The notes under the pieces were generated by a model. The model searched no databases, had not been told where the DNA came from, and saw only the letters and a list, made by a program, of their open reading frames with translations. From Balanoglossus misakiensis (lineage: Eukaryota > Animalia > Hemichordata): 64,000 nucleotides of DNA. The position numbers and the translations under genes are program-made. The stretch's first letter is position 1. Each line of letters begins with the position of its first letter. Shown one piece after another: positions 14,101-29,100 of the stretch. The stretch covers positions 6,349,808 through 6,413,807 of the forward strand of contig CM082585.2 of the NCBI GenBank assembly GCA_040954595.2, read 5' to 3'.

Positions 14101-17100
14101 AGGATAGTGTAATTCTTTCATAGGGAACTAAATTTTGTAGATAATTTTTTTTGTGTGTGTGTAGGCTATGGTTCAGTTGTCAACAATTTCAGTGTTAGGG
14201 ACAACATGTATTACGTATTCAGAATTGACCAGAAAACAGATGATGAACAGTATTAAAATAATTGTCTAAACTATCCTCTCTGAATGCAAGATGTAAATAC
14301 GTATTGAAATCTTAACATTTTTCAGAAGCGCAGTGAAAATCTGAGCTGAGTAGCGACATTGTACGCAAGCAGTGAACCAGGAGAGTTTGTGCACATTGAG
14401 AAATGTGATATTTCTATGCATCAGTGCTGGCTACATATCAACCACTGAGTTTGGTTATTAATAATAAATGAGCGAGTTCAGTTGTTGTTTTAAAGTGGCA
14501 TTTCTCTGTCTTTTGATACAGCTTGCATATTTTCCTTCTGTTCATCAGCTACGAGACATCGTTTCAATCCCTTTATCATGTCTAAAATTCAGCTCAATGT
14601 GATATAATATGTGTGTGTGTCTACCTGTCTGTCTGTCTGTGTATGTCCAACTCATATAATGAAACCCAAAAAATTGTTAGATGCTACAAGCAATGGCCCT
14701 TATGCATCTATCTAAAATCACATATATCTGATCCTGCTATCAATGGATTGTATGCAGTCTTGTTGAAATTACATAATCGCCAGTTTCGATAAGTTCAGAG
14801 TCAACAGGCTTAAGATTTGGCAGTAAGCTGTAAAACAAAAATACAGAATCTTAATGGAGAGTTGCAAACTTTGGATGTCAATGACATCGCAGTAATATGC
14901 ATATCGGTTATTTGCAGTGAAGCACCGCAAGTATGGAGAGATGTTTCTGTCTGTTATAATAAAATGCCTCTGATTATATCTACTGAGTTTTTTATGCCAT
15001 GATTAAAAGTAAAGTCCTTCTGCTTTTAATGCCAAAGCTTCCATTGCAGCAAGGCAGTAATTGCTTTCAATTATGGCAGGAGCAATTTTCATGTTAATAT
15101 TGCAGAGTAGTTGGTGCACTTTCTGTGAACCTGGATTGTGTAGCGGGGGTTCGAAATACTTCAGAATAGGAAGATATGAAAGCTGCATTATGCGACAGAG
15201 TGCATATGAATTGTATCTCTCTCGCCTGAAGATTCCACGGTGCACTTTTTGAAAATAATACATGGAAAATTGTCAGAAAATGTTACCGGATGAACGTATC
15301 AGAATTCAGTGGTTTGGGGCGATAAAAAATGAAATTTTCAAGGCCAGCTAGATTTAATTTCCTGACAGAAAATATCATGTAAGGCCCACAGCTCTGAGGA
15401 GGTGTCATGTGTCCATAAAAAAATTTAATGAGCAATTTAAAAATGTTTCCAAAAAAGACCAACTCAGCAGATCCTTCTCCATGGGGCGGGGTGGGTGAGG
15501 GGGTTCAAAGTTGGGGAAAGCCTGATATTGACACACCCAAACAATGAAGCTCAGATACTTACAAGTCCAATGAAAGATGACTTACAGATCAGATAAATAT
15601 AATTTCTGATTATAAACATGCAAGTACGACCTATGAATCAAGTGGAGTCGCCGTTATCAACTTAAAATGCAGAAGTTGCAAACTCTTTGGCAATATGTAA
15701 TTTTAGGGCACCTAGTGGGTTTTACTGGACAATCGATTAAATATACCTAGACTCAAGTGCATGCTCACAGTGGATTTCCTAAGGTATAGGAACATGCATA
15801 GATAAAACAACAGTTGATGAACTCAACTAACATTGCCACTGCATGCTTAGAGATGACATCATTGATTATACACCAACGTGAACCCAGATAAAATTTACCA
15901 GGGTGCTGGGCTGAACAAAGACCGTGTTATTTTATTTCTGCATCATTGTTTCAACACTTCAGAATTGCATACCAAAGGTCAAGAAGCTGTCAGCATTTGC
16001 TGGTTCGAAAAAAATGATATATGTGAACCGCATACTTGAGCAAATATCAGAGTATTGACATTAAAAGAACCAATGCAAGATTTTTAATCCAACAAATTAT
16101 CAATAATAGTTTTCACTGAGCATTAAACACACTTGTTTGTTTCGGAAATTACTCTTGCAAATTAAAAAGCAATTTCCTGCGTGGCGGAGATTGGGTCCTG
16201 ACGTGATGTGGTATATTTTTACCGATATTGTGTGTCTGGGCATGGCTGTTACCCAGGCCTGTACGATCTGGACAAAGAAGCCATTCTTCCCAAAATAGTT
16301 TGTTTGTTTTCAGTAACCTTTGGTATCAACCAAAGTCTTTTACATGTTGGCATTTATGTGGCTGCAATATTTCCAATTTTCCCCCCGACGATTTTAAAGG
16401 AATTAACAAATCTCAATCTGACTGTTCATATCTGTGCCACAGGGAGAATTTTTTTGGAATTTTGATGGCCATGATTAAGTACCCTGGGTATATGCATTGC
16501 GTCTCATGTAGGAATAAAAATCAATCTGATAATAAAAATCAGATGTAGAATACGACTTCTGTACCTACACAGTGTTCTCTGGTGCTGTCGCGTAATACAA
16601 ACGTCGCCATACTCAATATCTGATTTTAATCAGATTGGAATAAATAATTTGAGATTAGACTAAATATAGACATTTATAAGTTCAGGGTTTAGTATAAGAT
16701 GCTACAACCCTCCACATGTTAATTACTATTCAACATGTGTACAAGATACACAATTCAGTCATAATTTATGAGCATAATGGGGATTATCTTGTCATTGTTT
16801 TGGCACCTGGATTTTAATGACTTCATAATGCTGTTGAATGATAAATCCAAGGAACTGACACGGATTCTAGATGTATTCAAAGTGGCGCTCTGATAATATT
16901 ATAATGCAAGGTATTCTGGTGGGTGTTAATTTTGTGAAACCTCCATAGGTAGAACATTTTCGGAACCTGGATAGGTCGAGTTAATTTTCATCGGAACTGG
17001 GAGCTTGGTGTGTAATTATGTTTTTAATGAATGGAAATTCATTCCTTTGAGGAAAATAGAAGGGAGATTATATGCCACTCTGTGAACGGAGATACGATAA

Positions 17101-20100
17101 TTTGCAGCAATTTGTGTTGATCATTGATGGCAAATTATTGATATAATTTCTGGCTAATGCAAGGAAGCTAAGATGTTTGTGAAAATGAAAGTGAAATTTT
17201 GGGGGAAAAGTGGTTTGAAAGTGAAACAGTAGAGTTAGGTGAGATGTTCTTTGGAATAGCTTTTGAAAATTTGGAATCATTAAAGGTTTTGACTAAAGAT
17301 TTGACACTGTCTGTCTGTATGTATGTATGAATGTATGTATGTATGTATTATGTATGTATGTACTATGTATGTATGTACACTACAGTATGTACGTACAGTA
17401 CATGTATGTATGTATGTATGTACAGTATATGTATGTGTGTGTGCATTTATCTAGTGCATCTGCGAAGATAGTGACAAAACCATTAATATTCAGGGGTGTG
17501 CTTAGGGTTGTGCGTTAAATAGAAATAAAACAATAGTAGAGCATTCAGGCAAGAGTAAAGGGCGCATAAATATCGCCGTATTGCGATTGATGAGTCGTAT
17601 TTGACACGCTAATCAGGAGGAATGTTACGACCATGTATCCAATATGCAGAGTCAACCCGTTTGGAATTGTTAACACTAAAAGCATGTCTCACTCCGAGAA
17701 TGGAGTCTTAATCCCCTTTGAGTTGCTCGGATCGCGGATTTCTTGGCGGCCTTTGACGAAAGTTCTTGAAAGCAGAACTTGGGCCTCACAACTAATCGTG
17801 TTCTCATTAAAAACTTTGAGATGCTTGTGGCTTGTCATGCAAGGCCGACAGATCCGGTATAATTGGACTGGTTGAGTTCGTCCATTACTTCGAAAAAATT
17901 GACGTACAATATTTTTAGATACGACATATGGAATGCCTGGCTCTGTTTTAAAGAAAGCACCGAAAACGTCTTGGATTTGAAGACATATTTCTAATATGGG
18001 GTCAGTATTGCTCAAATTGTCAGTGGCCCGTATTGTGAAAATGTTGGAAAATAAGTATTGGTTTTTGGGAATATTGAAGTATCGGTTTCCATCGGTTTTC
18101 AGTGAGAAATGTAGCATTGAGAGAGTGTCGAACATGGATTGCTTCCTTCCTCGTGATTGCTAGACGCAAAAAATCCTATTTTTTTTCAATTCTGCCACCG
18201 TGAGCTAGTTCTCGTCTGTTTCACATCATTCAGCTCATCATTTCAGCAGAAAGCAGTCTGTTTTTTTGTCTACAGATGTACTCTGATTTAAGTGTCTTTG
18301 ATCGTCTGTCTGTGAATCTCATGTCCTTTATGACGAAATGTAAATTTGTATTTCTGTATATTGGGGTGATTATCGGCCATTGGTTATGCATTTCACAAGA
18401 GCGCTTGTTGACCCGAGGAGCTGTTTTCATGGAAACCAGACTGGCTGACGTCTGCTAAATTATGCAGGGATGTGTGCAGTTTTTTCAGGACTGAATTTTA
18501 GAGAATTCTGCGATATTACGTCTCTGCCGATATTGTGTGTGCATTCTTTTTGTGAAAATGATACACAAGTAATGTATTTGTTAAATTATACAACAGTGCT
18601 CAACACAGCGTTGGTGCGATGGTTTAAATCAGTCATGGCTAGCGGAAATTTATTTTTATTTTTCAATTCAAAATTTATTTGTAAGAGCCGGTTTTATCGA
18701 AACTGACTGTCACTTTGTCAGGAATTTTTGTGGTCATGTATTCTTGCATAACACCAGTCTGTCTTACCAGCCACCTGGATTTCAAATCCAGACGAATTCA
18801 CATTTTTTTTTTCAATTTACGCCCCTTATCTTGTACAGTGGTTGTTTCAATTGATATTCGTGGGATATTCTGGGCCAGTTTCATGTCATCTTATTTAAAT
18901 TACGATCTCAAGGTTAAATTACATGAAGAGGAATTTGCGATAGAGATTTCTTGTCAGCGGCGATTATTTAATCCACTGATTTTCACTGAACAAAGAATAA
19001 TTTATATGGCAGCAGATTTGTCACCCTGAGTCATAGTGTATTATTAAATCTCTTTTATCTTTAGAACAACTGTCATCCCTTTTAAGTCGCTGCCATGAAA
19101 ACGATGGACCGGTTGATATTGTCAAGTAGGGGAGTCTTTTGGGGATGGGCTGCGCTAATGTAGAATAGGGTTTCATAATTCGGGGACGTGTTTTAGTGTT
19201 TTGGCATGGGGGTTGCGGTTTGGGGCGAGCTATCCTATTATTGGATAGGGGAGGTTTCAGTATGGGTTGTACCATTGTGGAATGCAGGTTACATTTTAGG
19301 ATGGGCTTTTTTTCAAAAGGGGGCGATCTACTAAAGATGGGTCAAACTATTTTGAAGATGAGAATCATGGGAAAATGTGAATCACGTTATTGTTTTTTAA
19401 ATAGGATTATTCGTGGTGATTTGATGTACAGCCACTTTTCAACTAAAAATGACGCCACGCTTTTATGTTGACTTAATTTGATTGAGCTGTCTGTAGATGT
19501 TTTCTCAACGTCTGTAACATAGTGATGGTGTGATAATAACCGGAAACAGAGACCTAGCATATAGCACTTGAATAACAGCAAGATAGACTAAAATGTAGTG
19601 TTTTTTATATTGTCGTAGTAGGTCATTCTTTCTGAGAGGGTAAACACTACAGACTCTTGCATGTTGCTAATGTTAACTAGTGATGTAAAGCAGTAGCATA
19701 TCTTCACATACTGAGCATCACTTCTCAGATATTGAAATGAATGTAGCAAGACTACCTGTAGTAGTTTAATACAAATGCAGAATGAAAGAACAAAGCTCAA
19801 TTCATGCTAACATGGTTACTTGTTTGTTTGTTTGTTAGGTGTATCCTACAGAGGAATGCGGAGAAGCCCTGATGAAGATGTCATATTGCCCTCACTGCAA
19901 AGGTCTGCCGTCAGCAAAGCCTTGTAACAACTTCTGCATAAATGTGATGAAGGGTTGCCTTGCCAACCATGCTGATTTGGATGCAGAGTGGAACAACTAC
20001 ATAGGTGAGAGAAATTTCCTCAAATGTTTGTTACAGAGTTTGAGACTATCAAATAGATAGGCGTATCTGTCAAATTTTATCAGTTTATGAAAAAATCTTA

Positions 20101-23100
20101 GCTTTCAGGTGTTATTTTGGTTTTGAGCTGTAGTGAAGGAAAATATGATGCACAGGATAAACATTAATATCAGATTTTGTGTGAAAATCATATCTTCCAC
20201 AGATGTTGTGATTCTGATTTTGGTAGAGTAGTTAGCATGTCACTCATCACTTCAGACATCAGATTCTGTGAATAACTGTTACACATTCAAAAAATTATCT
20301 AGATTTTCAGCTTGCTTATACAGTGACCCTTGTCTGTCGAGGACACCTCTGGGAACAGAAGATCTGTCTTGACTAGAGAGGTGTCCTTAAAAGATAGGTC
20401 ACAGATCTCGCAGCTTTTTCCTATGGTTTCCTCTGTATGACAATGTATGTTCCGTGGAGTCATTGTCTCTGATTTTGTCGCACAACATTTTGATGGAAAG
20501 CTAAATTAGAAGTAAGACTTATGGTAGGCTAGGCAGTATATAATTAAGTTTGATTGATAACAGTGTTTGCGACATAGATCTGAAACTTCTCTTTGTATCC
20601 ATGGTAACTTTAATGTAGGGAGGTGGTCAGTCACAAAATACGGAAGACATCAATTGAGAGTTTTGACAAAAGGCATTCCTTTTGTGCCATATTTTTAGAA
20701 AATTCCTCGGAAAAAAACATGTAAAAGCCTAATCGGAGACTGCCACAGGGATTGCGTGGCCCTCATGTATCGCACAACACGATTGGTTCGGTTACCTTGA
20801 TGCGAGGTCGTAGGTCACGGTTGCTAGGCATCCCTGTTGGATTACAGCAAAGGTCAACCCAGTCCTGTGGGTGTACACGACTTAGAGTTGCCCCGTCATT
20901 GAGAAAAAAGTGAAAATATACAAAAGATTCTTTGGCGCGACCGCGTTGATGTGTCGATTGTACGGGATGAGGGGCTGTAATCTGAAGGAAATAAGATGAC
21001 CTCAGGGATCAGGGGCTTCTTATAAGATGGAAGTGCTTCTCAAGGGAAGGTCTTGACTTTTTCATGAGAAAGTGCCTGTAATGTCTGCAAAAATTGCTGA
21101 TTCTAGATAACAACGTCAGTACATGCCCAATTTAACCCTTTCACCCCTCTTTCCCTGTTATGGTATGACCCGTAGCATCGAAAACAATGGCGGGGTACCA
21201 TCATGCTTGACTGTGTGGAAGGGTGACTCAGATTGATATAAAATATTTTGGATACTTCCACCTGAATTGCCCTCGGCAAGAAATTATCAGTTTTCAAGAT
21301 AAATGTTTAGACAGCGGTAACAAACATGTTGTGTCTGTACTGGTATTTCAACTGCTTTAAATTCCGTCTTATTTTTTTATTCTTCTCCTCGACAGAGAAA
21401 ATGTTGAACCTTGCAGATCGCCTGGAGGGACCGTTCAACATCGAGTCGGTGATGGACCCCATCGACGTGAAAATTTCCGACGCTATCATGAACTTCCAAG
21501 ATGGCAGTGTCACAGTCTCCGAGAAAGTAAGTCCGCACCAGATTCACAACACACATTTTTTCCCCTTCGCACAAAACATTTCAATCCTCTTGCCAAAGTA
21601 CCATAGATTCGCCAACGTTTATTGAAATTTATGGGTAGGCCCGAGTATTTTGGAAAAATGGCCTGAGGGATTATACATACATGTACTTGTAATGGCAGCC
21701 CTTTTTTTCGCCATGCTGTAGGGCACAGTTCAGGTTATTGTGCGTGATAATTATCGTTTGTATTCATCGCAATATCGCCCGGGGGCTGCCGTTTTGGTAG
21801 TCGTTTTGTGAATAATTTGTCAGACACAAAGTGAAATTCAGCGACCCAGAGTGGCATGAAAAACTAATTGAATCACTACAATGAATAAAATCAGAATAAA
21901 AGGTGGTCTGTTTGACAAGTACATGGACTTCATTGTGGTTAGTGGTTGTCTGTTTGGAGTTGAATGCTTTGTACTGTGTCAGAATCTCGCACAACATCTA
22001 GACGAACCTTTGTGAATTTTGGAATAATGTCATGATTAAATTTTCACAAACGATGATTTACGACTCAGAAATTTTGCGACGCGGTAGCCCGGCACCAAGC
22101 GCTAATGACAGGCGCCTGTCCAAAGCAGATTGTCTCGGAGTAGCTAGAGGTCTCTATTTAAAATCCGTCTTTGTGAAATCTGGTGGAACTAACGCAGAGG
22201 TCACATGACAAGGCCTACCATTGACGTGGTCTTATCCCCCCTCTCTCTCAGAGGAGTGCAGGGTGATTATAGAAAATAATGAAACCTGAAATCAGCTTTG
22301 ATCCAAAAAAATGGACCTCTTGTCAACAGGGCATGTTTACCCACAATGCACTTCTGTGGTGCATTGTGGGACCTGCTGGAATCGCAGTTGGAGTGATAAA
22401 TATTGTGTTCAATGGATAGATCTATGGAAACAAGTGCAACTTTCTGTCAAATATCCAGACGAGTTGGTCTTTACATCAACTGTAGTTTCAAGTTCGGCTA
22501 GCATGTGGAAACACCTAGCTTTGAAAACACAGATTGTGTGTACTGTACATTGTCATTATAGTCCCCGCACTAATTCAGAGCTCAACAATAGCAATATGGG
22601 CTGTACTTGCATGTAAACAGACTGTGTTGACTACTGGAAGTTTCGACTTACAGTAGAGGAAGAACAAGAAACTGCTCGATGGAACAAAATATCGGAATGC
22701 AGGGTTTTGGTGGATATGGTTAGTGAAAACTAGTGGCCGGGCTCGACAGTGAAACAATCAGTGGAGAGAGCTTATTCAGGTCATGCCGTCATTTGCTGTT
22801 ACAGTCTAGTCGATCAGGCACGAGATACACAACATCATCGTGTTGTCCTAAAGGCAAATCTGCGTGAAATAGCAGACATCATCATCATCATTATCCTCAC
22901 CGATCAGCCCAGAAATTGGGGTCTTGCCTTTCGAGATGTAGTTTTATGTGAGGAGGGATTCTGTCAAACATAAGACATGGAATCCTGAAGGCTTTACTGA
23001 GAGACAGTAGAAACTGGACGACAGCAGTCTGGGTTCAGGGTTGTGGTGTCATAGGTCAGCCAGGGGTTAAAGGTCATGGAGGCTCTCCAATTAACATCCT

Positions 23101-26100
23101 ACATCCTGATGAATGCTAAGAGAAGGGCAGTAGTCTATCTTGAAGTTAGTTTTAACACAGATGTGTGAGGATTCTATTTTTGTAGACGTCTTTGTTTTAT
23201 TTCGTTCCAAATGTGAAGAGTTTTAACTGGAAGAATGTGAATGCCCCGTGGAGAAAACTCAAGTCGATTCTTGTTGTGACCTAACAACCACACAACGGGA
23301 TCAGTCGTACTTTAACACACATGCAGGCCATTACGCGAAAGACCGGGGACTGTGTCCAATTTACAGAATTCGCGGGTTATGTGTTTTGTCCGCGAGACCC
23401 TGCTGTTCCGAACACCGAGAGAACCTTGTAGTGTTTACGCTAAGGCTAAGTCTTGCCAAGCAAAGAGGGGTTTGTCCTCTTGAAGGCAGCGTTTATCGGG
23501 GTCGCAGAGTGTGCGTGGATATCCTTGTGTCGAGAGATCGAAGGAAGTTTACACAAGCGCCCGAGTTGAGTGGAATAACTGGAATAGTCCAATCAGTGTG
23601 ACAGGTGCAAAAGTGATACATATTGGGCGACCTTTGACCCCCCGGGACTCTGTGTATTTCCATTGCAAGCCCACACACATGCATAATGCATACGTTGCAT
23701 ATTGGTGTGGGTGAGAGAGTGGCTGCCTTCCGTTGAAAATAATTCAGACTTCCTTTTCATAGAAAACCAATTGTCGCGTTTTGATGTGTTTCTCAAGTTC
23801 CATTCAGTGTTGTTTTCCCATCAGTCAAGTCTCGAATGAGTTCATTTTTCTGTAGTTTTGATAGTTCCATTTCGGGGACATGTTTGCCCTTTTCGTAGAA
23901 AGATTTGTTTTAAGAAGTACATAATTTGCAAGTTAGTGCATTACCCTCTTGGCTTACAAAAAAAAATCAATGGTTTGTTTATGTGTTACTTCCATGCAAA
24001 GTTTGCCCAATTCTCCCTAAGCTGGTCTTATCAACAATCCCTGGAGGGGGGTGGCCCTGGGAATGTGCCTTGGAAAAGTTTCTACAGCATTTGTTGTTTC
24101 CCCGGGAAGACACATTAATTGGCCAGGGTCGTTGACTCATCCTAATTATACCATCTTATGATAACCAGATTAAGAAGCTTTAAGACAGTTGTCAATGCTT
24201 ATAAACACGGGTGTCATTAACTACTTTCGAACAATTCTGAAAAGTTTCACAAAATTGTACTTTTTTAATTGCTGGCCATTGGTGACTTAAATGTCATATA
24301 TGAAAACGCTGAATTGAATAAATTCCAATTCTAAAATATGCCCAGACATGTAAGGTTGTCATTGAAGGGCATTGGGGAGTATTTCTGCTGACTTTTGTAA
24401 ATTAATTAGGAGTTAAGGATGCTGCTGGAAAGGGCAGGGAACTGCCGGGGATGAGTTTGTCGTAAACTATGCGTGAATTTGCATGATAGTGACAACTCTT
24501 ACATATTTATCGCCTAATGCCTGCATATTGGTATGCTAATGTAATTAGCCGGCCAATTGTAGGGTGCTGATGAAACTGAATAGGTTAAGGTGTTGGCACT
24601 AATGTCGGGAATTCCTGTCTGGATTTGGCCAACAAAGCAGCGAGTTTTGCCGGTTTTTGGAGATCTGGAGAGAAGATGGCGACAGATTATGCCTTCTGTG
24701 TATAACTTGGGGCTCAAATTTATCAGCCAGTTCATAAAGATCACCACTGGGGGAAAAAAGCTTGAACTTGAGCCGGAAACTTGGCGTTCAATCGAAGTTC
24801 GACCAAAGTTTTCCTTTCAGTGTTTGTGTTCGCTTGTGTACATGTAGTTTGTGGTCGGTAAATATCTGTTCACAATGAGTGGTGGAATTCTGACTGTACA
24901 GATGTAGATTATGTTTGGTGTTGGTAAATATCTGGTGGTCGGTCGTATTAAACAGTGAATTAAAACATGGAAATTCGCTAAATATGTGTAGTGTTGGCTG
25001 ACTGTTTAGATTCTTGGTTGGGAAAACTTTTTATACACTGAATTGAGTGTGTGAAAAAAATGGGACGTGAACCCAGTGTATGGTGAAGTACTGAGCTGTG
25101 TTTGTTATGGATCTTACTGCTTCTTTGAGTTCCGTTGTTGTTTGGGGTAGTGGCGATGGACTCCGAAATCAAATGGATGTGGGTTTGTTTTGTGAGTTTG
25201 TGGAGAGTCCTGTGTCAATGTTGTGATGGGCATAAAAAAGTAAACAGTGTTTTTCTGTACTGGCCTAGGACAGAAGCTTGTGTGACAACACAATATAACA
25301 CAAGACTCCACTCTCTGTTTCAAATGTACAATAGAAAGACATACATGTACTGATGTAGTACGTAGGAATATATAAATCATAAAAGTGAACGTTTGACAAC
25401 TTTTGTCATAATCAGTTTATAGACATGCCTGCTATGTAATGCGCTGACTGATTACAATACATTTCCACAAATTCAGAAATGGAGTCAACTGTTGTCTCTC
25501 AGAGGACGAATCTTTTTGACTCCCAAAAGAATCAGTCAATTGAGTTTCGTCCTTCCTTTCAATGACAGTGTTTTCAGATTAGTTCGTCAGTGATTGGGTA
25601 GTCTAGCATCTAGCCATATTTTGTCCGCTTGGCGGACAAAATACAGCTAGATACTAGATTAGTGATTGGGCCTATAATGTGTTAGCAAGTTATTATGTAT
25701 AACAGTGCACAGAACACAAATTTAATAGTTGCTTAAGTGGTACCGGTGAGGGAATTTGGTCTCAACTCTGCTATTTTGAGAGTCTGTGTGTGTTTGCAGT
25801 AGTTTTTCGTTTGATTAAACCGGCAGAGATGTGGCATTAAGTCCCAAACACTTGAGAAAGGTGGTGTGTTTACAAAGGGTGTCGCGAATAACCGACACTG
25901 AGGTTGTTTTTTTTGTTGAGTCAGTTCCACTGACCCATTTGCTCATCCAAGGTGAAGTCGACTTGAGAAAGAGGATGTGTATGTATGTGTGTGTGCTCGC
26001 CGGATGAAAGCCCTGAGAGATTTTCATTAGAAGTGTTGTGTATACACCGCCTTTTCTCTCTCTGTGGGATTAAGACTCAACTAGCATGTTTGAAGAAGAA

Positions 26101-29100
26101 TGCACTATGTGGATTTGAATGGTTGCCATGGAAACTCTTCCCGTGCATGTGTAATAGCGGGACATCTCTGCAGCAATCATCGCAGGATGTGCTAACTGTC
26201 GACGCTGGCTCAAATTTGCCGTGTGATAATCACACACACACCACCACTGATGATTTGCCAGCAATTTTAGGGCTTCGTATTCAGACGGTGTTGTGTTTTC
26301 ATGAAACGGTTTTTCATTTTCTGCTGCGAGCGGTTTCCTTTCATGCCCCTCTGAAAGTCGCTGTTTCGAGTTTAATCTTCGGAGTTGTGGGGGATTTCTT
26401 TGTTGTGGGCACCTGGTGTCCTTAGATGGAACAGGAAAAAAGTGTCACATCACAGAGAATTATATTCGTCAGTACATCGTTTTGACTTCAGGGTAAAAGA
26501 TGTCTGAATCCTCTCTCCAGAATATCTCTGTGCATTCTGACTTTCTGAGAAGTGATCACTGTGATGCAGCGTTGTGTAGTGTGGTGCGTGGTGTTGGAAT
26601 GTCGGTTGTGTGAGTGAGGTGTGAGTCGGTGACAAGTTTCTGTTGTGGCCAACAGTGGAATAATGTTTGGTGTCAAATCAGTGGTTGTTTAGTCAACGTG
26701 TATTGTGCCGTTAGGTACGATAATGGTTCTGCGTTTGTACTGTGACACGGTTCTCTGGTATCATGAAGTGTGTGTGTGTGGTAGGGGTGGGGGGAGGGGT
26801 GATCTATGATATGTGTTGTACCGTGTGGTAATGTGATGTGATTTTTGGTAGAATATGAAATATGGTAGCATGCAGTATGATGCAAAGTGTACCTTTTATG
26901 AATGGGACATCACTGTGTGATATTTGTGTCCCGGGATTTGTGGTACAGCTGAAGTATACGGTGCTATGTGCTACTGTGACACGGTTCTCTGGTATCATGA
27001 AGTGTGTGTGTGTGGTAGGGGTGGGGGGAGGGGTGATCTATGATATGTGTTGTACCGTGTGGTAATGTGATGTGATTTTTGGTAGAATATGAAATATGGT
27101 AGCATGCAGTATGATGCAAAGTGTACCTTTTATGAATGGGACATCACTGTGTGATATTTGTGTCCCGGGATTTGTGGTACAGCTGAACTATAGGGTGAGA
27201 TGTGATATTTCTAAATGATGTTATGTGGTACAGCGTGATGTGCTGTGGTGTGGTATGTACGTGTGATGCAACGCAACCCGGTGTTACATTTCAAGTGTGG
27301 ACGGCCATAATTGAAAATCACTTCTGCAGATTGTCTGTCAATGGGACGACTTGCCAATGGGAGTCATTGCGGTTTTTTGTCCCGCTGAAACAAAGCTTCC
27401 AGGATTAATCTTTTGTGAAAACACTTTGGAGAAACTTCAGGTGCTGCCTTTGTCTCCATCTGATGAGCAAATCTCAGCGTTGTCATCCAAATTCCGGGCA
27501 GCCAAACACCTGTTTCAGATAAGGATTTTTCTCATGGGTAAATATCGGTGAGTGGTTGTGGTGTGACTCTCTATGTAGGGTTGCACATGACCGACAAGAA
27601 TGTCTCTCGATGTGTACATGTCCACAGTGTCGCGTTTCAAATTCAGTGGAAATGAATACGGCGTGTGGTTCACACTCTGTCTAGGACCTGTCGGTGGCTA
27701 AAATAATCGCCTCTGGGGGGTTAGATTCGGTCTGTGTGCACACTTACAACATACAGGGCTAAAATCAGTGGCTGACTTCAAGACAAGGCCGGTATAAACC
27801 AGTGTCTTCTTTTATACTCACAAAGTCAAGCGTCCGAGCTCCGACCGGGACTATGGTCAGTTATACCATGCTGGCTCAAATTTTCCCCGCCCAAAACTCA
27901 CTCCCCCACCCAACCCCAAGCAACTCACCCCTGTGGTCTGAGATAGGCTTTCCACATTGATTATTAAGAGTGCACTGACAACCAACACCTATACAGAACT
28001 GACATACAACTGACATAAACCTAATATGAACCCCACTAACAGTCCCCCTCCTTTAGAAATAATCATCTGAGTTTCCAATACTTGTCATCAGTAACTCGCC
28101 CCTAAGAAGCAACATATTCACAGATAACACAAAAAACAGAGAGTCGAAAGTCACTTGAGAGCAATAAAACGTCCCGACAAGGAACAAACGAGCTTCCTTT
28201 TTTCTGGGGGAAATGGACGTTATAATTGTGGTATCGAATGAACCGTAACCTGTCATCGGGTCAGGCGCATTTGACACCATGCAGGCCTCAGACTGGATTT
28301 CCAGTAATTATGTTTTGTGGCGTTCGCTCTATAAATATCGGGCATACCAGATTTAGCCTATCTGTTCGTACCGTGTCAACATCCACATCGCTGAGGCCCG
28401 ATTCGGCGCGTCGACGTCTAAGAACCACCGTCAAGAGCGGTGTATATTTTCTTTGAAACTTCCCCAGCCCCGGCGAAGTTGACTCAAGATTCGGATTTCG
28501 TCAATTTGGGTGTAATCTATCTGTCTGTTAAGTGTCCACACCTGATAGTGTGTGTGAGACCGCACTCGCCTATCGCGGAGTTTGCTCTGCGGAATGTTTG
28601 AAATAACACGCAGTGTTTTGGTGCAGGTGATGGATACTTTACACCCAGGGTGGAATCAGAGACGCTAATATAAATGGGGGGGGGGGTGCACCCTGCCCGG
28701 ACATGTCAACTGGTCGGTTTTCAGAAAGAAAATGGAGGCATGTCACCTCCCGCCGCGAGAAGGTCTTGACTGTGAGGTTGTTTTCGGATTTGCCGAAAAT
28801 ATGCTAACCCAAAGATCTCGTCGTTGATTGTCTAATTATTTTTCAAACGCTTCAAATGGATGTGTTGGGAACTGGAACAGAGCAGCTTCTGAACGAAATA
28901 ACCGTTTGTGGCTGACAAAAAATGGCATTCGTTAGGAGACAGAATAATTTAACATTTTATATGTGATGGAAAACATCCATGCTCGTGTTGGATTTCTGTG
29001 TCTAGATATTTTGTCTGTTTGAATGTTAGGCTGTGTTTCTTTATATACTGTGGTGGAGTTTTGCTTGTGTAGCGAGCATTTCAGTGAACACAACACAGCA

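Noticed and set aside
17689-18135. 148-aa minus-strand ORF as a nested gene in a glypican intron
   Set aside because: No recognisable domain or supporting exon structure; likely chance or a decayed repeat.
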